Below are positions 18,981 through 19,223 of a DNA stretch of 19,223 nt, piece by piece. This stretch comes from Rhodothermales bacterium (GTDB taxonomy: Bacteria; Bacteroidota; Rhodothermia; Rhodothermales; VXPQ01): positions 46,040-65,262 of the forward strand of contig JBBDTI010000001.1 in NCBI GenBank assembly GCA_040904565.1, in the 5' to 3' direction. The notes beneath the pieces are model-generated. The model saw only the letters and a list, made by a program, of their open reading frames with translations, made no database searches and was not told the DNA's origin. Every line of letters starts with the position of its first letter. Within the stretch, counting starts at the first letter, position 1. Both the position numbers and the translations under genes were made by a program.

Positions 18981-19223
18981 CTATCGCAGGAACGTATAGT
19001 CGAGCTTGATCAGGAATACGTTGTCCGGGAATACGTCGAACGTATTGCTGAACTGGTCGCCGACGGACGCCGCATAAGGCGAATCGCCGAGCGGATCGAG
19101 TGGATTGAGGCTGCGGTTGGCACGCCGGCCCTGCGTCCACACCAGGTAGAGCCTCGAGCCGGGGCGGTACTCCCAGCGAAGGACGGTATTAGCGGTAAAT
19201 CGGCCGAAGCTGAATTCGTCCCG
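18981..19223 (-). CDS. C-terminal 80 aa of a DUF5916-like putative outer-membrane beta-barrel protein; 5' part lies outside the window
   Basis: Manual translation, absent from the ORF track: RDEFSFGRFTANTVLRWEYRPGSRLYLVWTQG...FPDNVFLIKLDYTFLR*. The N.VLRWEYRPGS.LYLVW and NVFLIKL.Y strands match the DUF5916 C-terminus as I recall it. Confidence 0.82.
   Translation of the reverse strand, partial: RDEFSFGRFTANTVLRWEYRPGSRLYLVWTQGRRANRSLNPLDPLGDSPYAASVGDQFSNTFDVFPDNVFLIKLDYTFLR

Noticed and set aside
18696-19140. Short ORFs 18696-18959, 18787-19140, 18791-19009 and 18793-18999
   Set aside because: They have no motifs and cross a terminator, a candidate promoter or the DUF5916-like gene in other frames.

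Overview
GC-rich bacterial chromosomal region with 13 recognisable protein-coding genes, two of them cut by the window edges. The gene set and the pyrimidine-rich leaders without Shine-Dalgarno motifs suggest Rhodothermota or Bacteroidota (inference). Order: 5'-truncated FAD-linked oxidase/Fe-S protein (+); stand-alone GroES-family protein, WcaI-like GT4 glycosyltransferase and SSS-family symporter (all -); ggt (+); then on the - strand DUF1501, a PSCyt/DUF1549/DUF1553 cytochrome c protein, purF, a YfiM/DUF2279-like protein, gldE, an NSS-family transporter, a creatininase-family protein, and the 3' end of a DUF5916-like gene missing from the ORF track. I saw no rRNA, tRNA, CRISPR array, transposase or defence system, and I cannot demonstrate a new multi-gene system. 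The best leads are: an apparent in-frame internal deletion in the SSS symporter; an unannotated 30-aa hydrophobic ORF upstream of it; two consecutive leaders sharing a hairpin, tandem-repeat and TCACCTAAC layout; frequent short tandem duplications across the window; and the uncharacterised PSD1-DUF1501 module with a Tat-lipoprotein-like signal.
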